From: an uncultured Bordetella sp.
GTDB taxonomy: Bacteria > Pseudomonadota > Gammaproteobacteria > Burkholderiales > SG8-41
Direction: 5' to 3'
NCBI GenBank assembly: GCA_964486865.1
Contig: CAZAOZ010000004.1
Coordinates: forward strand, 38,602-102,601
Length of the DNA stretch: 64,000 bases
Positions within the stretch are counted from its first letter, which is position 1; each line of letters opens with the position of its first letter. A program made the translations under genes and the position numbers. Below, one piece after another: positions 10,171 through 20,342 of this stretch. The notes under the pieces are model-generated. The model did no database searches. It saw nothing but the letters and a program-made list of their open reading frames with translations, and had not been told where the DNA came from.

Positions 10171-11229
10171 TCATTCCCGGTACATGCCGCTCGCGAGGTA
10201 ATCACGGCGCAGGTGGCGCGCCCACACCAGCAGCGCAGCGCTCACCGGCAGCGCCAGCAGCACGCCGAAAAATCCGAACAGGCTGCCGAACGCCAGCAGT
10301 GCGAAAATGACCGCCACCGGATGCAGACCGATGCGGTCGCCGACCAGCCACGGCACCAGCACATAGCCTTCGAGCAGGTTGCCGGCGACAAACACGCCCC
10401 ACACCCAGCCCAGTTGCGACAGATCCTGGAACTGCAGCGCGCCGGTCAGTGTCGCCAGCACCACGCCGGTAATGACGCCGAGATACGGCACAAAGGTGAC
10501 CAGTCCGGCGATCATGCCCACCGACAACGCAAAGTCGAGACCAGCGGCCCATAACCCGGCGGTGTAGAACATCCCCATGCCCAGCATCACCAGCAACTGC
10601 CCGCGCAAAAACTGGCCGAGCACGGCGTCGATTTCACGGGCCACCACGGTCACGCGGCCGTGCCAGCGCCGCGGCACCAGCGCATCGATCCCGGCGACGA
10701 TGGCGCCCCAGTCGCGCAGAAAATAAAACAGCACCACCGGCACCAGCACCAGCGTCACGGCGAACCCGATGACGGCCAGCCCGCCGATTTTCAGAGACGG
10801 CAGCAGTTTCACCGCGAAATCGCGGATTTCCGCCATGTGCTCCGCGACCCATTCGCGCACCATGCCCGTCTCCAGCCGCACGCCGAACCATTGCTCCAGT
10901 TGCGGCGCCAGCGCAGTCCGCAGCCAGTCCACATACACCGGCGCCTGGTCGGCGATGGCACGTACCTGGCGGATCAGCAGCGGCAGCAGCACCACCAGCA
11001 CCACCAGCAACGCCACGGCCAGCAGAATCAGCACCAGCGTCACCGCCAGCGTGCGCGGCACGCGGCGCCGGGTCATGCGGCTGACCAGCGGATTGCAGAT
11101 ATAGGCGAGGATGGCGGCAAACAGGAACGGCGTCAGGATCGGACTGAGCAAATAGATGACGGCCAGCGCCAGCGCCGCCGCAGCCAGCCAGCGCCAGAGG
11201 TGATACGGATCGCGACCGTGAGCATCCAT
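10171..11229 (-). CDS. AI-2E family transporter (PerM-like permease)
   Basis: 352-aa polytopic membrane protein with family-typical TM organisation and a FGFFGVLLALP segment. Confidence 0.82.
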   Translation of the reverse strand: MDAHGRDPYHLWRWLAAAALALAVIYLLSPILTPFLFAAILAYICNPLVSRMTRRRVPRTLAVTLVLILLAVALLVVLVVLLPLLIRQVRAIADQAPVYVDWLRTALAPQLEQWFGVRLETGMVREWVAEHMAEIRDFAVKLLPSLKIGGLAVIGFAVTLVLVPVVLFYFLRDWGAIVAGIDALVPRRWHGRVTVVAREIDAVLGQFLRGQLLVMLGMGMFYTAGLWAAGLDFALSVGMIAGLVTFVPYLGVITGVVLATLTGALQFQDLSQLGWVWGVFVAGNLLEGYVLVPWLVGDRIGLHPVAVIFALLAFGSLFGFFGVLLALPVSAALLVWARHLRRDYLASGMYRE

Positions 11230-11418
11230 TTAAGATAAAATCCGCAGCGGCTGCATGGCCATGGGAGTGCTTGTCATGAGAGCGCTTATTTTAGCAGGGC
11301 GCCCGGTCGCGCTTCGCGAAAAATACCGACGCAGCGCACGGACTTAACGCACGGACGCAAATTACATTCCGCTACCGCAAGGATTCCCTTGAAGCGCACA
11401 ACCAAACCCCGCAAGGCC

Positions 11419-12438
11419 ATGACCTATCGCGACGCCGGCGTCGACATCGATGCCGGCGATGCGCTGGTCGATCGCATCAAACCCTACGCCCGGCGCACGC
11501 TGCGTCCCGGCGTAATGGCCGGCATCGGCGGCTTCGGCGCGCTGTTCGCGGTGCCGCGCGGCTATCGCGAGCCGGTACTGGTCTCCGGCACCGACGGCGT
11601 CGGCACCAAGCTAAAGCTCGCTTTCGAATGGCAGCGCCACGACACCATCGGCATCGATCTGGTCGCGATGAGCGTCAACGACATTCTAACGCTGGGTGCG
11701 GAGCCGCTGTTTTTCCTGGATTACTACGCCTGCGGCAAACTCGATGTGAATGACGCGTCCCAGGTGGTGAAGGGCATCGCCGCCGGCTGCGAAATGGCCG
11801 GCTGCGCGCTGATCGGCGGCGAAACCGCCGAAATGCCCGGCATGTACCCGCCGGGCGAATACGATCTCGCCGGCTTCGCCGTCGGCGTCGTCGAGAAAAA
11901 ACGCATCATCGACGGCCGCAGCATCCGCGCCGGCGATGTCATCCTCGGCCTGGCCAGCAACGGCGCGCATTCCAACGGCTATTCGCTGATTCGCCGCATC
12001 ATCGCAAGACCAGACGTCAAGCTGTCGGCGAAGCTGGGCGGTCGCGCGTTAAAGGATCTGATCCTGGCGCCCACACGGATTTACGTGAAACCCGTGCTCA
12101 AACTGATGAAACAGGTCACCGTCAAAGGGCTTGCGCACATCACCGGCGGCGGGCTGGTGGACAACGTGCCGCGCGTGCTGCCGGCGACGCTGACCGCGGA
12201 ACTGCGGCGCGACGCCTGGCCCATGCCGCCGCTGTTCCGCTGGCTGCAGGAACAGGGCAGTGTGGCGGACGACGAAATGCACCGGGTATTCAACTGCGGC
12301 ATCGGCATGGTGGTGATCGTCGCCGAACGCGACGCCCAGCGCGCGCAGGCGCTGCTGACCCGCGCCGGGGAGCGCGTGTGGCGCATCGGCACCGTGCGCC
12401 GCCGGTACCGCGGCGAACCGCAAACGCTGGTGTTGTAA
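11419..12438 (+). CDS. purM: phosphoribosylformylglycinamidine cyclo-ligase
   Basis: [14 protein letters not shown]..., [10 protein letters not shown] and CGIGMVVIV motifs. ATG at 11419 preferred over the TTG at 11389. Confidence 0.95.
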   Translation: MTYRDAGVDIDAGDALVDRIKPYARRTLRPGVMAGIGGFGALFAVPRGYREPVLVSGTDGVGTKLKLAFEWQRHDTIGIDLVAMSVNDILTLGAEPLFFLDYYACGKLDVNDASQVVKGIAAGCEMAGCALIGGETAEMPGMYPPGEYDLAGFAVGVVEKKRIIDGRSIRAGDVILGLASNGAHSNGYSLIRRIIARPDVKLSAKLGGRALKDLILAPTRIYVKPVLKLMKQVTVKGLAHITGGGLVDNVPRVLPATLTAELRRDAWPMPPLFRWLQEQGSVADDEMHRVFNCGIGMVVIVAERDAQRAQALLTRAGERVWRIGTVRRRYRGEPQTLVL

Positions 12439-12448
12439 AGGAGCCGCT

Positions 12449-13090
12449 CTGAAGCGCATCGCGATACTGATTTCGGGGCGCGGCAGCAACATGGAAGCTC
12501 TGCTGAAGGCGGCGCTGCCGGCGCAGATCTGCGCCGTCATCAGCAACGATCCGGCGGCGGCAGGTCTGCAGACCGCGGCACGGCACGGCATCACCACCAT
12601 CGCCATCGACCATCGCGCGCATGCGCAGCGCGCGGATTTTGATGCGGCACTCATGCAGGCCATCGACGCGCAGCGCGCCGATCTCGTGGTGCTGGCCGGT
12701 TTCATGCGCATCCTGACCGGCGATTTCGTCAATCATTACCGCGGCCGTTTGATCAACATCCATCCTTCGCTGCTGCCGTCATTTCCGGGGCTGCACACCC
12801 ACCGCCAGGCGCTTGCCGCAGGCATGCGGGTACACGGCTGCACCGTACATTTCGTCACGCCGCAACTCGATCACGGCCCGGTCATCATCCAGGCCGCGGT
12901 GCCGGTGCTGCCCGGTGACGACGAGGCCACGCTCGCCGCGCGGGTGCTGGCCGAGGAACACCGCATCTATCCGCAGGCGGTGCGCTGGCTGTGCGCAGAC
13001 CGGGTCACGCTGGCCGCCGACGGCACCGTACGCATTGCCGGTGCGCGCGCCGCAGCGAACTCCCTGATTTCGCCCGCTCTCGATGATTAA
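12449..13090 (+). CDS. purN: phosphoribosylglycinamide formyltransferase (apparent CTG start)
   Basis: The frame is open upstream of the track ATG (12491). Reading from CTG 12449 gives (M)KRIAILISGRGSNMEALL, the canonical PurN N-terminus. AAAGGAG lies at 12437-12443, 5 nt upstream. NIHPSLLP motif present. Confidence 0.88.
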   Translation: MKRIAILISGRGSNMEALLKAALPAQICAVISNDPAAAGLQTAARHGITTIAIDHRAHAQRADFDAALMQAIDAQRADLVVLAGFMRILTGDFVNHYRGRLINIHPSLLPSFPGLHTHRQALAAGMRVHGCTVHFVTPQLDHGPVIIQAAVPVLPGDDEATLAARVLAEEHRIYPQAVRWLCADRVTLAADGTVRIAGARAAANSLISPALDD

Positions 13091-13796
13091 GGCTCTGGCA
13101 CTCGCACTGCTGCTCGCCGGCGCGCCGCTGCAGGCCGCTCCGGCGCCGCCGCAATCAGTCATCGCGCACTACGACGTGTCGCTGAACGGCGCGCCGGTGG
13201 CCGTCATGCACGAAACCTTTGAAGCACGCGACGGCCGCTACCAGATCATCAGCGAAACCCGCGCGAAGGGTGTGCTGGCGCTGGCGCAACGCCGCCCGGG
13301 GCGGCTCAGCAGCAGCGGCGCCGTGGATCGCAACGGCCTGCGGCCGCAGGTTTTCGAAGGCACCCGCGGTAACAACGATGCACGGCGCGTACACGCCGAA
13401 TTCGACTGGCAGGCACGCAGCCTGACTCTCGCGCACGATGGCCGCACCGAGACTGTCGAGTTGCCCGAGGGCGCACAGGACCGGCTCTCGGTGATGTATC
13501 AGTTCCTGTATCTTGATCACACGCTCGACCACACGAAGCTCGACGGGCTGACGCTCGCCCTGACCAACGGCCGCAAGCTCGATCACTACCGTTACGGCAT
13601 CGGCGCGGATACCGCGCTCGATACGCCGCTCGGCCGCCTGCAGGTCGTGCATCTGGTCAAGCACCATGCCGCGGGCGAAACCGCCACCGAAATCTGGCTG
13701 GCGCGCGAGCACCGGCTGATGCCGGTGAAAATGCGCATCATCGAAGACGACGGCACCCGCTACGAGCAGATCATCGCCCGTCTGGAAATGCTATGA
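13083..13796 (+). CDS. DUF3108 domain-containing exported protein
   Basis: Signal peptide MIKALALALLLAGAPLQA and a DUF3108-like beta-rich body (YDVSLNGAPVAVMHETFEARDGRYQIISE...). Confidence 0.68.
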   Translation: MIKALALALLLAGAPLQAAPAPPQSVIAHYDVSLNGAPVAVMHETFEARDGRYQIISETRAKGVLALAQRRPGRLSSSGAVDRNGLRPQVFEGTRGNNDARRVHAEFDWQARSLTLAHDGRTETVELPEGAQDRLSVMYQFLYLDHTLDHTKLDGLTLALTNGRKLDHYRYGIGADTALDTPLGRLQVVHLVKHHAAGETATEIWLAREHRLMPVKMRIIEDDGTRYEQIIARLEML

Positions 13797-14815
13797 GGCG
13801 CAGCCCCGCAACCCGATTGTTCGCCGCGGCAGCGCTGTCCGTTGCCGCGCATGCCGCGTTGCTGGCCGGATCGTGGCTGATGCCGCCGGCACCGGCGCCG
13901 GAATTGCCGCCGCTGCTGGCGCGACTGGAACCGTTGCCCGCGGCACCCACACCGCCCGCACCACCCCGGCCCAGACGCATCGCCTCCGCACCGCCCGTTG
14001 CGCCGTCGTTCTTCCCCGATGCGCCGGCGGTCATCCCCGATACACCGGTGCAGGCCGCGGAAACGACAGAACCTGCGCCCGCACCGGCTGCGCCGCCGGT
14101 CGCCGTCGCCAGCGCCGCGCCGACCACCTTTGCCTTGCCGGAAACGCCTCCGCTGCCGAGTTTCCCGCGCAAGGGCCGCATCACCTATCTGCTGACCATG
14201 GGCCCGGACCACACCCCCATCGGCCGCACGGTGCAGACCTGGGAGTTTGAAGGGGACCGTTACCGGCTCGGCAGCCAGTCGGAGAGCACCGGTCTGCTCG
14301 AACTGTTCCGGCCGCACCGCTACCACTATCTGAGCCAGGGCACGCTGTCGGACCAGGGCCTGCGCCCGGAACGGTTTCTGGCGAGCATCAAGCGCGGCAG
14401 CCGCACCGAGGAAGCGCTGGCGGTGTTCGACTGGAATGAACACCGCGCGCGACTGGGACGCGTGCCGCAGCAAACCACCGTCGCCCTGCCCGCCGGCAGC
14501 CAGGATGTCATCAGTTTCATGTACCAGCTGGCGCTGGCGCCGCCGCCGACCGGCCGTATCAGTCTGCCGTTCACCCGCGGCTCCAGTCTGGAAACCGTCA
14601 GCTTCGACGTGCTGCCTGAAGAAACCATAGACACGCCGCTCGGCCGCCTGCGCACCGTGCCGGTGGTGCAGGCGCGCGCCGCGGGCCACGAAAGCCTCGC
14701 CGTCTGGCTGGCCGCCGATTACCGCCACCTGCCGGTACGTGTCCGCTTTTTCAACCGCGACGGCGAGCTCTCCGGCGAGCAGCTGGTCAGCGAAATCCGG
14801 GTCGGCGACGAATGA
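13793..14815 (+). CDS. DUF3108 domain-containing protein with proline-rich N-terminal linker
   Basis: N-terminal TM segment, about 100 aa of PAP/PPxP repeats, then a body paralogous to the preceding gene (GRITYLLTMGP...TWEFEGDRYRLGSQSE). ATGA overlap with the upstream gene. Confidence 0.65.
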   Translation: MRRSPATRLFAAAALSVAAHAALLAGSWLMPPAPAPELPPLLARLEPLPAAPTPPAPPRPRRIASAPPVAPSFFPDAPAVIPDTPVQAAETTEPAPAPAAPPVAVASAAPTTFALPETPPLPSFPRKGRITYLLTMGPDHTPIGRTVQTWEFEGDRYRLGSQSESTGLLELFRPHRYHYLSQGTLSDQGLRPERFLASIKRGSRTEEALAVFDWNEHRARLGRVPQQTTVALPAGSQDVISFMYQLALAPPPTGRISLPFTRGSSLETVSFDVLPEETIDTPLGRLRTVPVVQARAAGHESLAVWLAADYRHLPVRVRFFNRDGELSGEQLVSEIRVGDE

Positions 14816-14848
14816 GCGTTTCATGATGAATGACTATCAGAACGCTCA

Positions 14849-14888
14849 ATCCCTCTCCCCAACCCTCTCCCACGAGGAGAGGGAGAGA
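14849..14888. repeat. REP family 3 element (CCCTCTCCC...GGGAGAGGG hairpin)
   Basis: tccctctccccaaccctctcccacgaggagagggagaga is an inverted repeat, intergenic. Confidence 0.7.
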
Positions 14889-14929
14889 ATGGCGTTAATC
14901 CGCTCCCGCGAATTAACGAAAGGCTAATA

Positions 14930-16222
14930 GTGAAACCTGCCCCTGCCACACCCGAGGCCCGTCCCGGGCCGAACCTGTCGCGCCTTGCCGACGCCGCACA
15001 CGCGCTGCAGCGTGTGCTGACGTTCGAATATCCCGCCGACGCCGTGCTGAGCCGCTATTTCCGCGACCGCCATGCGCTGGGGCAGCATGATCGCGCTTTT
15101 GTCGCGGAAGCCGTCTTCGGCGTACTGCGGCGCAAGCATCTGCTCGATCACATTGCCCCGCAGGCGACGCCGCGGCAACTGCTGCTGCTGTGGCTCACGC
15201 GCATCGCGGGTTTCAGCGGACGCGACATCGGCGCGCTGTGCAGTACGGAGGAAGCGCAATGGCTCAATGCCACGCGCGCACAGACCACGGCGGGGGCACC
15301 GCTGGCGGTCGAAGCCGATCTGCCCGAATGGGTCGTCGAGCGCCTGCAGACACTGCATGACGACACCTTCATCCGCGCGCTCGGCCGCGCGCTGCAGGAA
15401 CCGGCGCCGCTCGATCTGCGCGTCAACACCCTCAAGGCGACGCGGGATGAAGTGCTGGCGAAACTCGTGGCCGACGGCCACGCGGCGGCGCCGACGCCCT
15501 ACTCGCCGCTCGGCATCCGCCTGCAGGGCCGGCCGTCGATCAACCGCCTGCCATTGTTCATGTCCGGCGCCATCGAAGTGCAGGACGAAGGCAGCCAGTT
15601 GCTCGGTTACCTGCTGGCGCCGCGACGCTCGGATCTGGTGGTGGATTTCTGCGCCGGCGCCGGCGGCAAGACGCTGATGCTGGGCGCGCTGATGCATTCG
15701 CAGGGCCGCGTCTATGCCTTCGACGTGTCACAGAAGAGGCTCGCCAACCTGAAACCGCGGCTGAAACGCTCGGGGCTGTCTAATCTGCATCCGCTGGTCA
15801 TCGCGCACGAAAACGACACCAAGGTGAAGCGCCTCGCCGGCAAGATCGACCGGGTGCTGGTCGATGCGCCGTGCAGCGGCCTCGGCACGCTGCGCCGCAA
15901 TCCCGACCTCAAGTTCCGCCAGTCGCCGCAGACCGTCGCCGAACTGGTCGTCAAGCAGACCGCCATCCTCAACGCCGCGGCGCGCCTGGTCAAACCCGGC
16001 GGGCGCCTGGTGTACGCCACCTGCAGCCTGCTCGCCGAGGAAAACCAGCAGATCATCGCGGCTTTCCTCGCCGGCCATCCGCAATTCAGCGAGCTCGATT
16101 GCGCCGAACTGCTGCGCCGCCAGAACATCGCGCTCGACTGCGGCGCGCAACTGCAGTTGTGGCCGCAGCTGCATCGCACCGACGGCTTTTTCGCCGCGGC
16201 GCTGGAACGCACCGCAGGTTGA
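14930..16222 (+). CDS. RsmB/NOP family class I SAM-dependent RNA (cytosine-C5) methyltransferase
   Basis: VVDFCAGAGGKT SAM motif, DRVLVDAPCSGLGTLRRNPD and YATCSL catalytic cysteine motifs. GTG start. Confidence 0.85.
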   Translation: MKPAPATPEARPGPNLSRLADAAHALQRVLTFEYPADAVLSRYFRDRHALGQHDRAFVAEAVFGVLRRKHLLDHIAPQATPRQLLLLWLTRIAGFSGRDIGALCSTEEAQWLNATRAQTTAGAPLAVEADLPEWVVERLQTLHDDTFIRALGRALQEPAPLDLRVNTLKATRDEVLAKLVADGHAAAPTPYSPLGIRLQGRPSINRLPLFMSGAIEVQDEGSQLLGYLLAPRRSDLVVDFCAGAGGKTLMLGALMHSQGRVYAFDVSQKRLANLKPRLKRSGLSNLHPLVIAHENDTKVKRLAGKIDRVLVDAPCSGLGTLRRNPDLKFRQSPQTVAELVVKQTAILNAAARLVKPGGRLVYATCSLLAEENQQIIAAFLAGHPQFSELDCAELLRRQNIALDCGAQLQLWPQLHRTDGFFAAALERTAG

Positions 16223-16298
16223 GGGTCGCTGTACTCTGCTGATCGCGTGCTAAAGTAACTGCTGTCGCAACCACCATCCGTCAGCGCAGCCCGAACCG

Positions 16299-17600
16299 AT
16301 GCCCGCCACCCCCCAACTGGAAAGCCTGCTGATCGCCCTGTGGACCGACCTGCACAGCATCGAAGTGCTGTGGCAGGTTGGCGCGCTGGCGCTGTGCGTG
16401 ATTGCCGGCTGGCTGATCTCACACCGCTACAATCTCCGGGTTCGCAGCCGCGCCGCGCCGGATGCCACGCAGGTGATCAGTATCGGCAGCCTGCAGCGCC
16501 TGCTGTTCCCGCTGTCGGCGCTGGTACTCGTTCTCGTCGGCCAGGCCGTGCTGCGTTTCTGGCAACCTGTGCATTTGCTGACTTTCGCTGCTGCGCTGCT
16601 GCTGGCGATGGCGGTGATTCGCATCGCGATTTACGCGATGCGCCATACTTTTGCGCCGAGCAAGTGGTTGCGCGCCTCCGAGCGCTGGATCAGCTGGCTG
16701 GCCTGGATCGGCGTCGTCATCTATGTGGCCGGGCTGTGGCCGCACGTGCGCGCTGCGCTCGACGATGTCGGCATCGTCTTTGGCAAAGACCGCATTTCCC
16801 TGCTGCTCGTGGTGCGGGCCTTGCTGTCCGTGGCCGTGACGCTGCTGGTCGCGCTGTGGCTGGGGCGCATCGCCGAAACGCGACTGATGAGTGCGACCAG
16901 CCTGCAGATCAACGTACGCGTGATGTTCACCAAGCTGGCACAGATCCTGTTGCTGCTGCTCGCGATCCTGATCGCCCTGCCCGCGGTGGGCATCGATCTG
17001 ACGGTGCTCTCGGTGTTCGGCGGCATGCTCGGCGTCGGCATCGGCTTCGGCTTGCAGAAAATCGCCGCCAATTACATCAGCGGCTTCATCATCCTGCTCG
17101 ACCGCTCGGTCAGCCCCGGCGATCTGCTCACCATCGGCGAGTACACCGGCACGCTGACCAAAATGACGGCGCGCTATGTGGTGCTGCGCACTCCCGGGGG
17201 GCTGGAAACCATCATCCCCAATGAAAACCTGATCACCGTTCCCGTCGTCAACCATACCCTGAGCGATCGCAAAGTCCGTATCGCGATTCCGGTGCAGGTG
17301 GCCTATGCCACCGACCTCGATCAGGCGCGCGAGTTGATGGTCAAAGTTGCCGCAGAACTCCCGCGCGTCATCAGGGATCCGGCGCCGGGCTCGCTGATTA
17401 CCGGGTTCGCCGACAGCGGCATCAATCTCGAGCTGGGAGTATGGATCGAGGATTCCGAAGAGGGGGTGGGCGGACTGCGTTCCGATCTCTACGACGGCAT
17501 CTGGCGCGCCTTCCGCCAGGCCGGCATTGAGATCCCTTATCCGCAGCGCGAAATCCGGGTGCTGGGAACCGTCAGTTCCGTGACCGACAATCAGAAATAA
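16299..17600 (+). CDS. mechanosensitive ion channel family protein (MscS-like)
   Basis: Multiple N-terminal TM helices followed by the MscS core (ANYISGFIILLDRSVSPGDLLTIGEYTGTLTKMTARYVVLRT...IPNENLI). Confidence 0.85.
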   Translation: MPATPQLESLLIALWTDLHSIEVLWQVGALALCVIAGWLISHRYNLRVRSRAAPDATQVISIGSLQRLLFPLSALVLVLVGQAVLRFWQPVHLLTFAAALLLAMAVIRIAIYAMRHTFAPSKWLRASERWISWLAWIGVVIYVAGLWPHVRAALDDVGIVFGKDRISLLLVVRALLSVAVTLLVALWLGRIAETRLMSATSLQINVRVMFTKLAQILLLLLAILIALPAVGIDLTVLSVFGGMLGVGIGFGLQKIAANYISGFIILLDRSVSPGDLLTIGEYTGTLTKMTARYVVLRTPGGLETIIPNENLITVPVVNHTLSDRKVRIAIPVQVAYATDLDQARELMVKVAAELPRVIRDPAPGSLITGFADSGINLELGVWIEDSEEGVGGLRSDLYDGIWRAFRQAGIEIPYPQREIRVLGTVSSVTDNQK

Positions 17601-17728
17601 TTGTCATTAAAAACAACGGGTTGCCATTAAGTTCCGGGAGAATTTTACCCCGCAGTCTATCCCCCGCTATTGATCTTCAGTACACTGCGCCCGTCATAGT
17701 GGTTGCGTCCATAAAAGCGAGGAGTTGA

Positions 17729-18889
17729 ATGTATACAGGAATTCTGGATTTACCGTGGTGGGGTTACATCGCGTACGCGCTGGTCGTCACCCATATCACC
17801 ATTGCGGCGGTGACGATCTATCTGCACCGCCATTCGGCGCATCGCGCGCTCGACCTGCATCCGCTGGCGTCCCATTTCTTCCGCTGCTGGCTGTGGCTGA
17901 CCACCGGCATGCTGACCAAACACTGGACGGCCATCCACCGCAAGCACCATGCCAAATGCGAAACCGTTGACGATCCGCACAGCCCGCAGATTCTCGGCAT
18001 CCGCAAAGTGCTGCTGGAAGGCGCGGAACTGTACCGCAAGGAAGGCCGCAACAAGGAAACGCTGGAGCGCTACGGCTACGGCACGCCTGATGACTGGCTG
18101 GAACGCAAGGTTTACAGCCACGACCGCTACGGCATTGCGTTGATGCTGATCACCAACGTGATACTGCTCGGCCCGATCGGCATTACCGTCTTTGCCGTGC
18201 AGATGCTGTGGATCCCGTTCCTTGCCGCCGGCGTCATCAACGGCATCGGCCACTACTGGGGTTATCGCACCTTCCAGCCTGAGGACTCCAGCACCAACAT
18301 CGTGCCCTGGGGCATCCTGATCGGCGGTGAAGAACTGCACAACAATCACCACGCTTTTGCGACCTCGGCAAAACTGTCGAACCAGTGGTACGAATTCGAC
18401 ATCGGCTGGCTCTACATCCGCATACTCGAAACGCTGGGCCTTGCGAAAGTGAAAAAAGTTGCACCCAAGCTGGTTCTCGACAGTTCCAAAACCCGTTGCG
18501 ACCTCGGCACGCTGCAAGCCATCGTGACGCATCGCTACGAGGTAGTGGCCAAGTACGCGACCACCTTGCGCGCCACCTGCGCCGGCGAGCTGCAGGCGAT
18601 CAAGGACAAGGCCGCCGACGTCGATACCGGCAAACTGAAACGCTGGCTGCGCATCGACAAGGCCGCCCTGCCGGCGGCTGAGCAGGAACAACGCGCACTG
18701 GCCATCCGCCACAGCAATACGCTGGGCACGGTGTACACGATGCGTGATGAACTGGCGCAGCTGTGGCAGCGCTCAACCGCATCGAAAGAGCAGCTGGTCA
18801 GGCAACTGGAAGACTGGTGCAGCCGCGCCGAAGCCAGCGGCATCGAAGCGCTGGAGCAGTTTTCCCGGCGACTGCGCTGCTACGCCTGA
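17729..18889 (+). CDS. acyl-CoA (delta-9 type) fatty acid desaturase
   Basis: Three histidine boxes: HRHSAH, HRKHH and HNNHH. Confidence 0.88.
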   Translation: MYTGILDLPWWGYIAYALVVTHITIAAVTIYLHRHSAHRALDLHPLASHFFRCWLWLTTGMLTKHWTAIHRKHHAKCETVDDPHSPQILGIRKVLLEGAELYRKEGRNKETLERYGYGTPDDWLERKVYSHDRYGIALMLITNVILLGPIGITVFAVQMLWIPFLAAGVINGIGHYWGYRTFQPEDSSTNIVPWGILIGGEELHNNHHAFATSAKLSNQWYEFDIGWLYIRILETLGLAKVKKVAPKLVLDSSKTRCDLGTLQAIVTHRYEVVAKYATTLRATCAGELQAIKDKAADVDTGKLKRWLRIDKAALPAAEQEQRALAIRHSNTLGTVYTMRDELAQLWQRSTASKEQLVRQLEDWCSRAEASGIEALEQFSRRLRCYA

Positions 18890-18904
18890 GGTAACAACAC
18901 GCCA

Positions 18905-18938
18905 AACAAAAAGCCCGCCGGAAGGCGGGCTTTTTGTT
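18905..18938. terminator. bidirectional rho-independent terminator
   Basis: aaaaAGCCCGCCggaaGGCGGGCTtttt, a GC stem flanked by an A-run and a T-run, 16 nt after the desaturase stop. Confidence 0.8.
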
Positions 18939-18986
18939 TGCTTCGCTCCTTGAACGGCACGCCTTGGCGTCCGTTCGAAGGAGCGA

Positions 18987-19017
18987 AAATAAACCGGCGG
19001 CAACGCCGTCCGGATTT
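18987..19017 (-). terminator. rho-independent terminator of rpmG
   Basis: The minus-strand RNA reads CCGGACGGC-GUU-GCCGCCGG followed by UUUAUUUU, starting 5 nt after the rpmG stop. Confidence 0.7.
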
Positions 19018-19021
19018 ATTC

Positions 19022-19177
19022 TTATTTGATTTTGGCTTCCTTGTAGAGCACATGCTTGCGCGCGACGGGATCGAACTTCTTGATCTCCATCTTCTCGGTC
19101 ATCGTGCGCTTGTTCTTGGTCGTGGTGTAGAAATGGCCGGTGCCGGCGCTGGATTCGAGTTTGATTTTTTCACGCAT
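19022..19177 (-). CDS. rpmG: 50S ribosomal protein L33
   Basis: Own translation gives [51 protein letters not shown] (51 aa). It is too short for the ORF track. Confidence 0.93.
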   Translation of the reverse strand: MREKIKLESSAGTGHFYTTTKNKRTMTEKMEIKKFDPVARKHVLYKEAKIK

Positions 19178-19191
19178 ATGCTTATCCGTCC

Positions 19192-19428
19192 TTAGATGTT
19201 CATGCCCTGCTCGCGCAGGTCGGCGAGTACGACATCAATACCCTTGCGGTCGATGGTGCGCAGTCCGGCGTTCGACACGCGCAGGTTCACCCAGCGGTTC
19301 TCTGTCTCGACCCAGAACCGGCGCTTGTGCAGGTTGGGCAGAAAACGGCGTTTGGTTTTGTTGTTGGCATGGGAAACATTGTTCCCGGTCATCGGTTTTT
19401 TGCCGGTGACGTCGCAGACCCGAGGCAT
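19192..19428 (-). CDS. rpmB: 50S ribosomal protein L28
   Basis: [33 protein letters not shown]... (78 aa). The internal ATG of the 93-aa track ORF is used. Confidence 0.95.
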   Translation of the reverse strand: MPRVCDVTGKKPMTGNNVSHANNKTKRRFLPNLHKRRFWVETENRWVNLRVSNAGLRTIDRKGIDVVLADLREQGMNI

Positions 19429-19549
19429 GGCAGTGCTCCGCAAATTCTGAAAAGGGCGAATCATACACTGCAACCGCTACCCACCTCAACCTGCAGGCAC
19501 ACCCGGCCGCTACCGGGCCTAAAACAACTATTTCAATTAAAACAACAAG

Positions 19550-20224
19550 TTACAGTAATCCACGCTCGGCGAATGACAATGCGCCGTCGCCGGCAATGAC
19601 AAAATGGTCGAGCACCCGCACATCCACCAGCGCCAGCGCCTGCTTCAGCGCCACGGTCAGCGCCTCGTCGGCGCGGCTGGGTTCGGCCACGCCCGAGGGG
19701 TGGTTGTGGGCGAAAATCACCGCGGCGGCATTGTGATGCAGTGCGCGCTTGACCACTTCGCGCGGATACACGCTGGTCTGCGTCAATGTGCCGCGGAACA
19801 GTTCCTCGGAAGCCGTCACGCGGTGCTGCGCATCAAGGAACACCGCGATGAAAACTTCGTGCGGCCGGCCATGCAGCGTCAGCCGCAGATAATCACGCAC
19901 GGTCTGCGGCGCCGACAACACTGCTCCCGCATCGAGTTTTTCGCGCAGCGTGCGCCGCGCAATCTCCAGCGCCGCCTGCAGTTGCGCATACTTGGCCGGC
20001 CCCAGGCCCGGCTCGGCACAGAACGATTCGTTGGCCGCGCCCGCCAGTGCCGACAACGAACCGAAACGCGTCAGTTGCGTGCGCGCCAGTTCCACGGCGC
20101 TTTTGCCCTTGACGCCGGTGCGCAGGAAAATCGCCACCAATTCCGCATCCGACAGGCTCTGCGGCCCCTTGGCCAGCAGTTTCTCGCGGGGGCGGTCGTC
20201 CAGCGGCCAGTCGGTGATTGCCAT
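19550..20224 (-). CDS. radC: RadC/YicR family JAB-domain protein
   Basis: HNHPSG JAMM motif and an N-terminal HhH-like region. Lies in the conserved rpmBG-radC-coaBC-dut neighbourhood. Start at MAITDW. Confidence 0.87.
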   Translation of the reverse strand: MAITDWPLDDRPREKLLAKGPQSLSDAELVAIFLRTGVKGKSAVELARTQLTRFGSLSALAGAANESFCAEPGLGPAKYAQLQAALEIARRTLREKLDAGAVLSAPQTVRDYLRLTLHGRPHEVFIAVFLDAQHRVTASEELFRGTLTQTSVYPREVVKRALHHNAAAVIFAHNHPSGVAEPSRADEALTVALKQALALVDVRVLDHFVIAGDGALSFAERGLL

Positions 20225-20342
20225 GATCGGGTTGCTCCGGGTGGGTGCTTGATGAACGCGCCGGCCAGCCCCCGGTTTACCCACCCCCGAATTTGCAGTT
20301 ACACTGGCCATCCCTCGCAGCAGAAAGCGCTACGTGCCTGAT

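Noticed and set aside
19550-20224. RadC/JAB-domain gene as a possible marker of a mobile element or defence island.
   Set aside because: It sits in the conserved housekeeping synteny rpmG-rpmB-radC-coaBC-dut with flank-like composition, and no associated mobile or defence genes are present.
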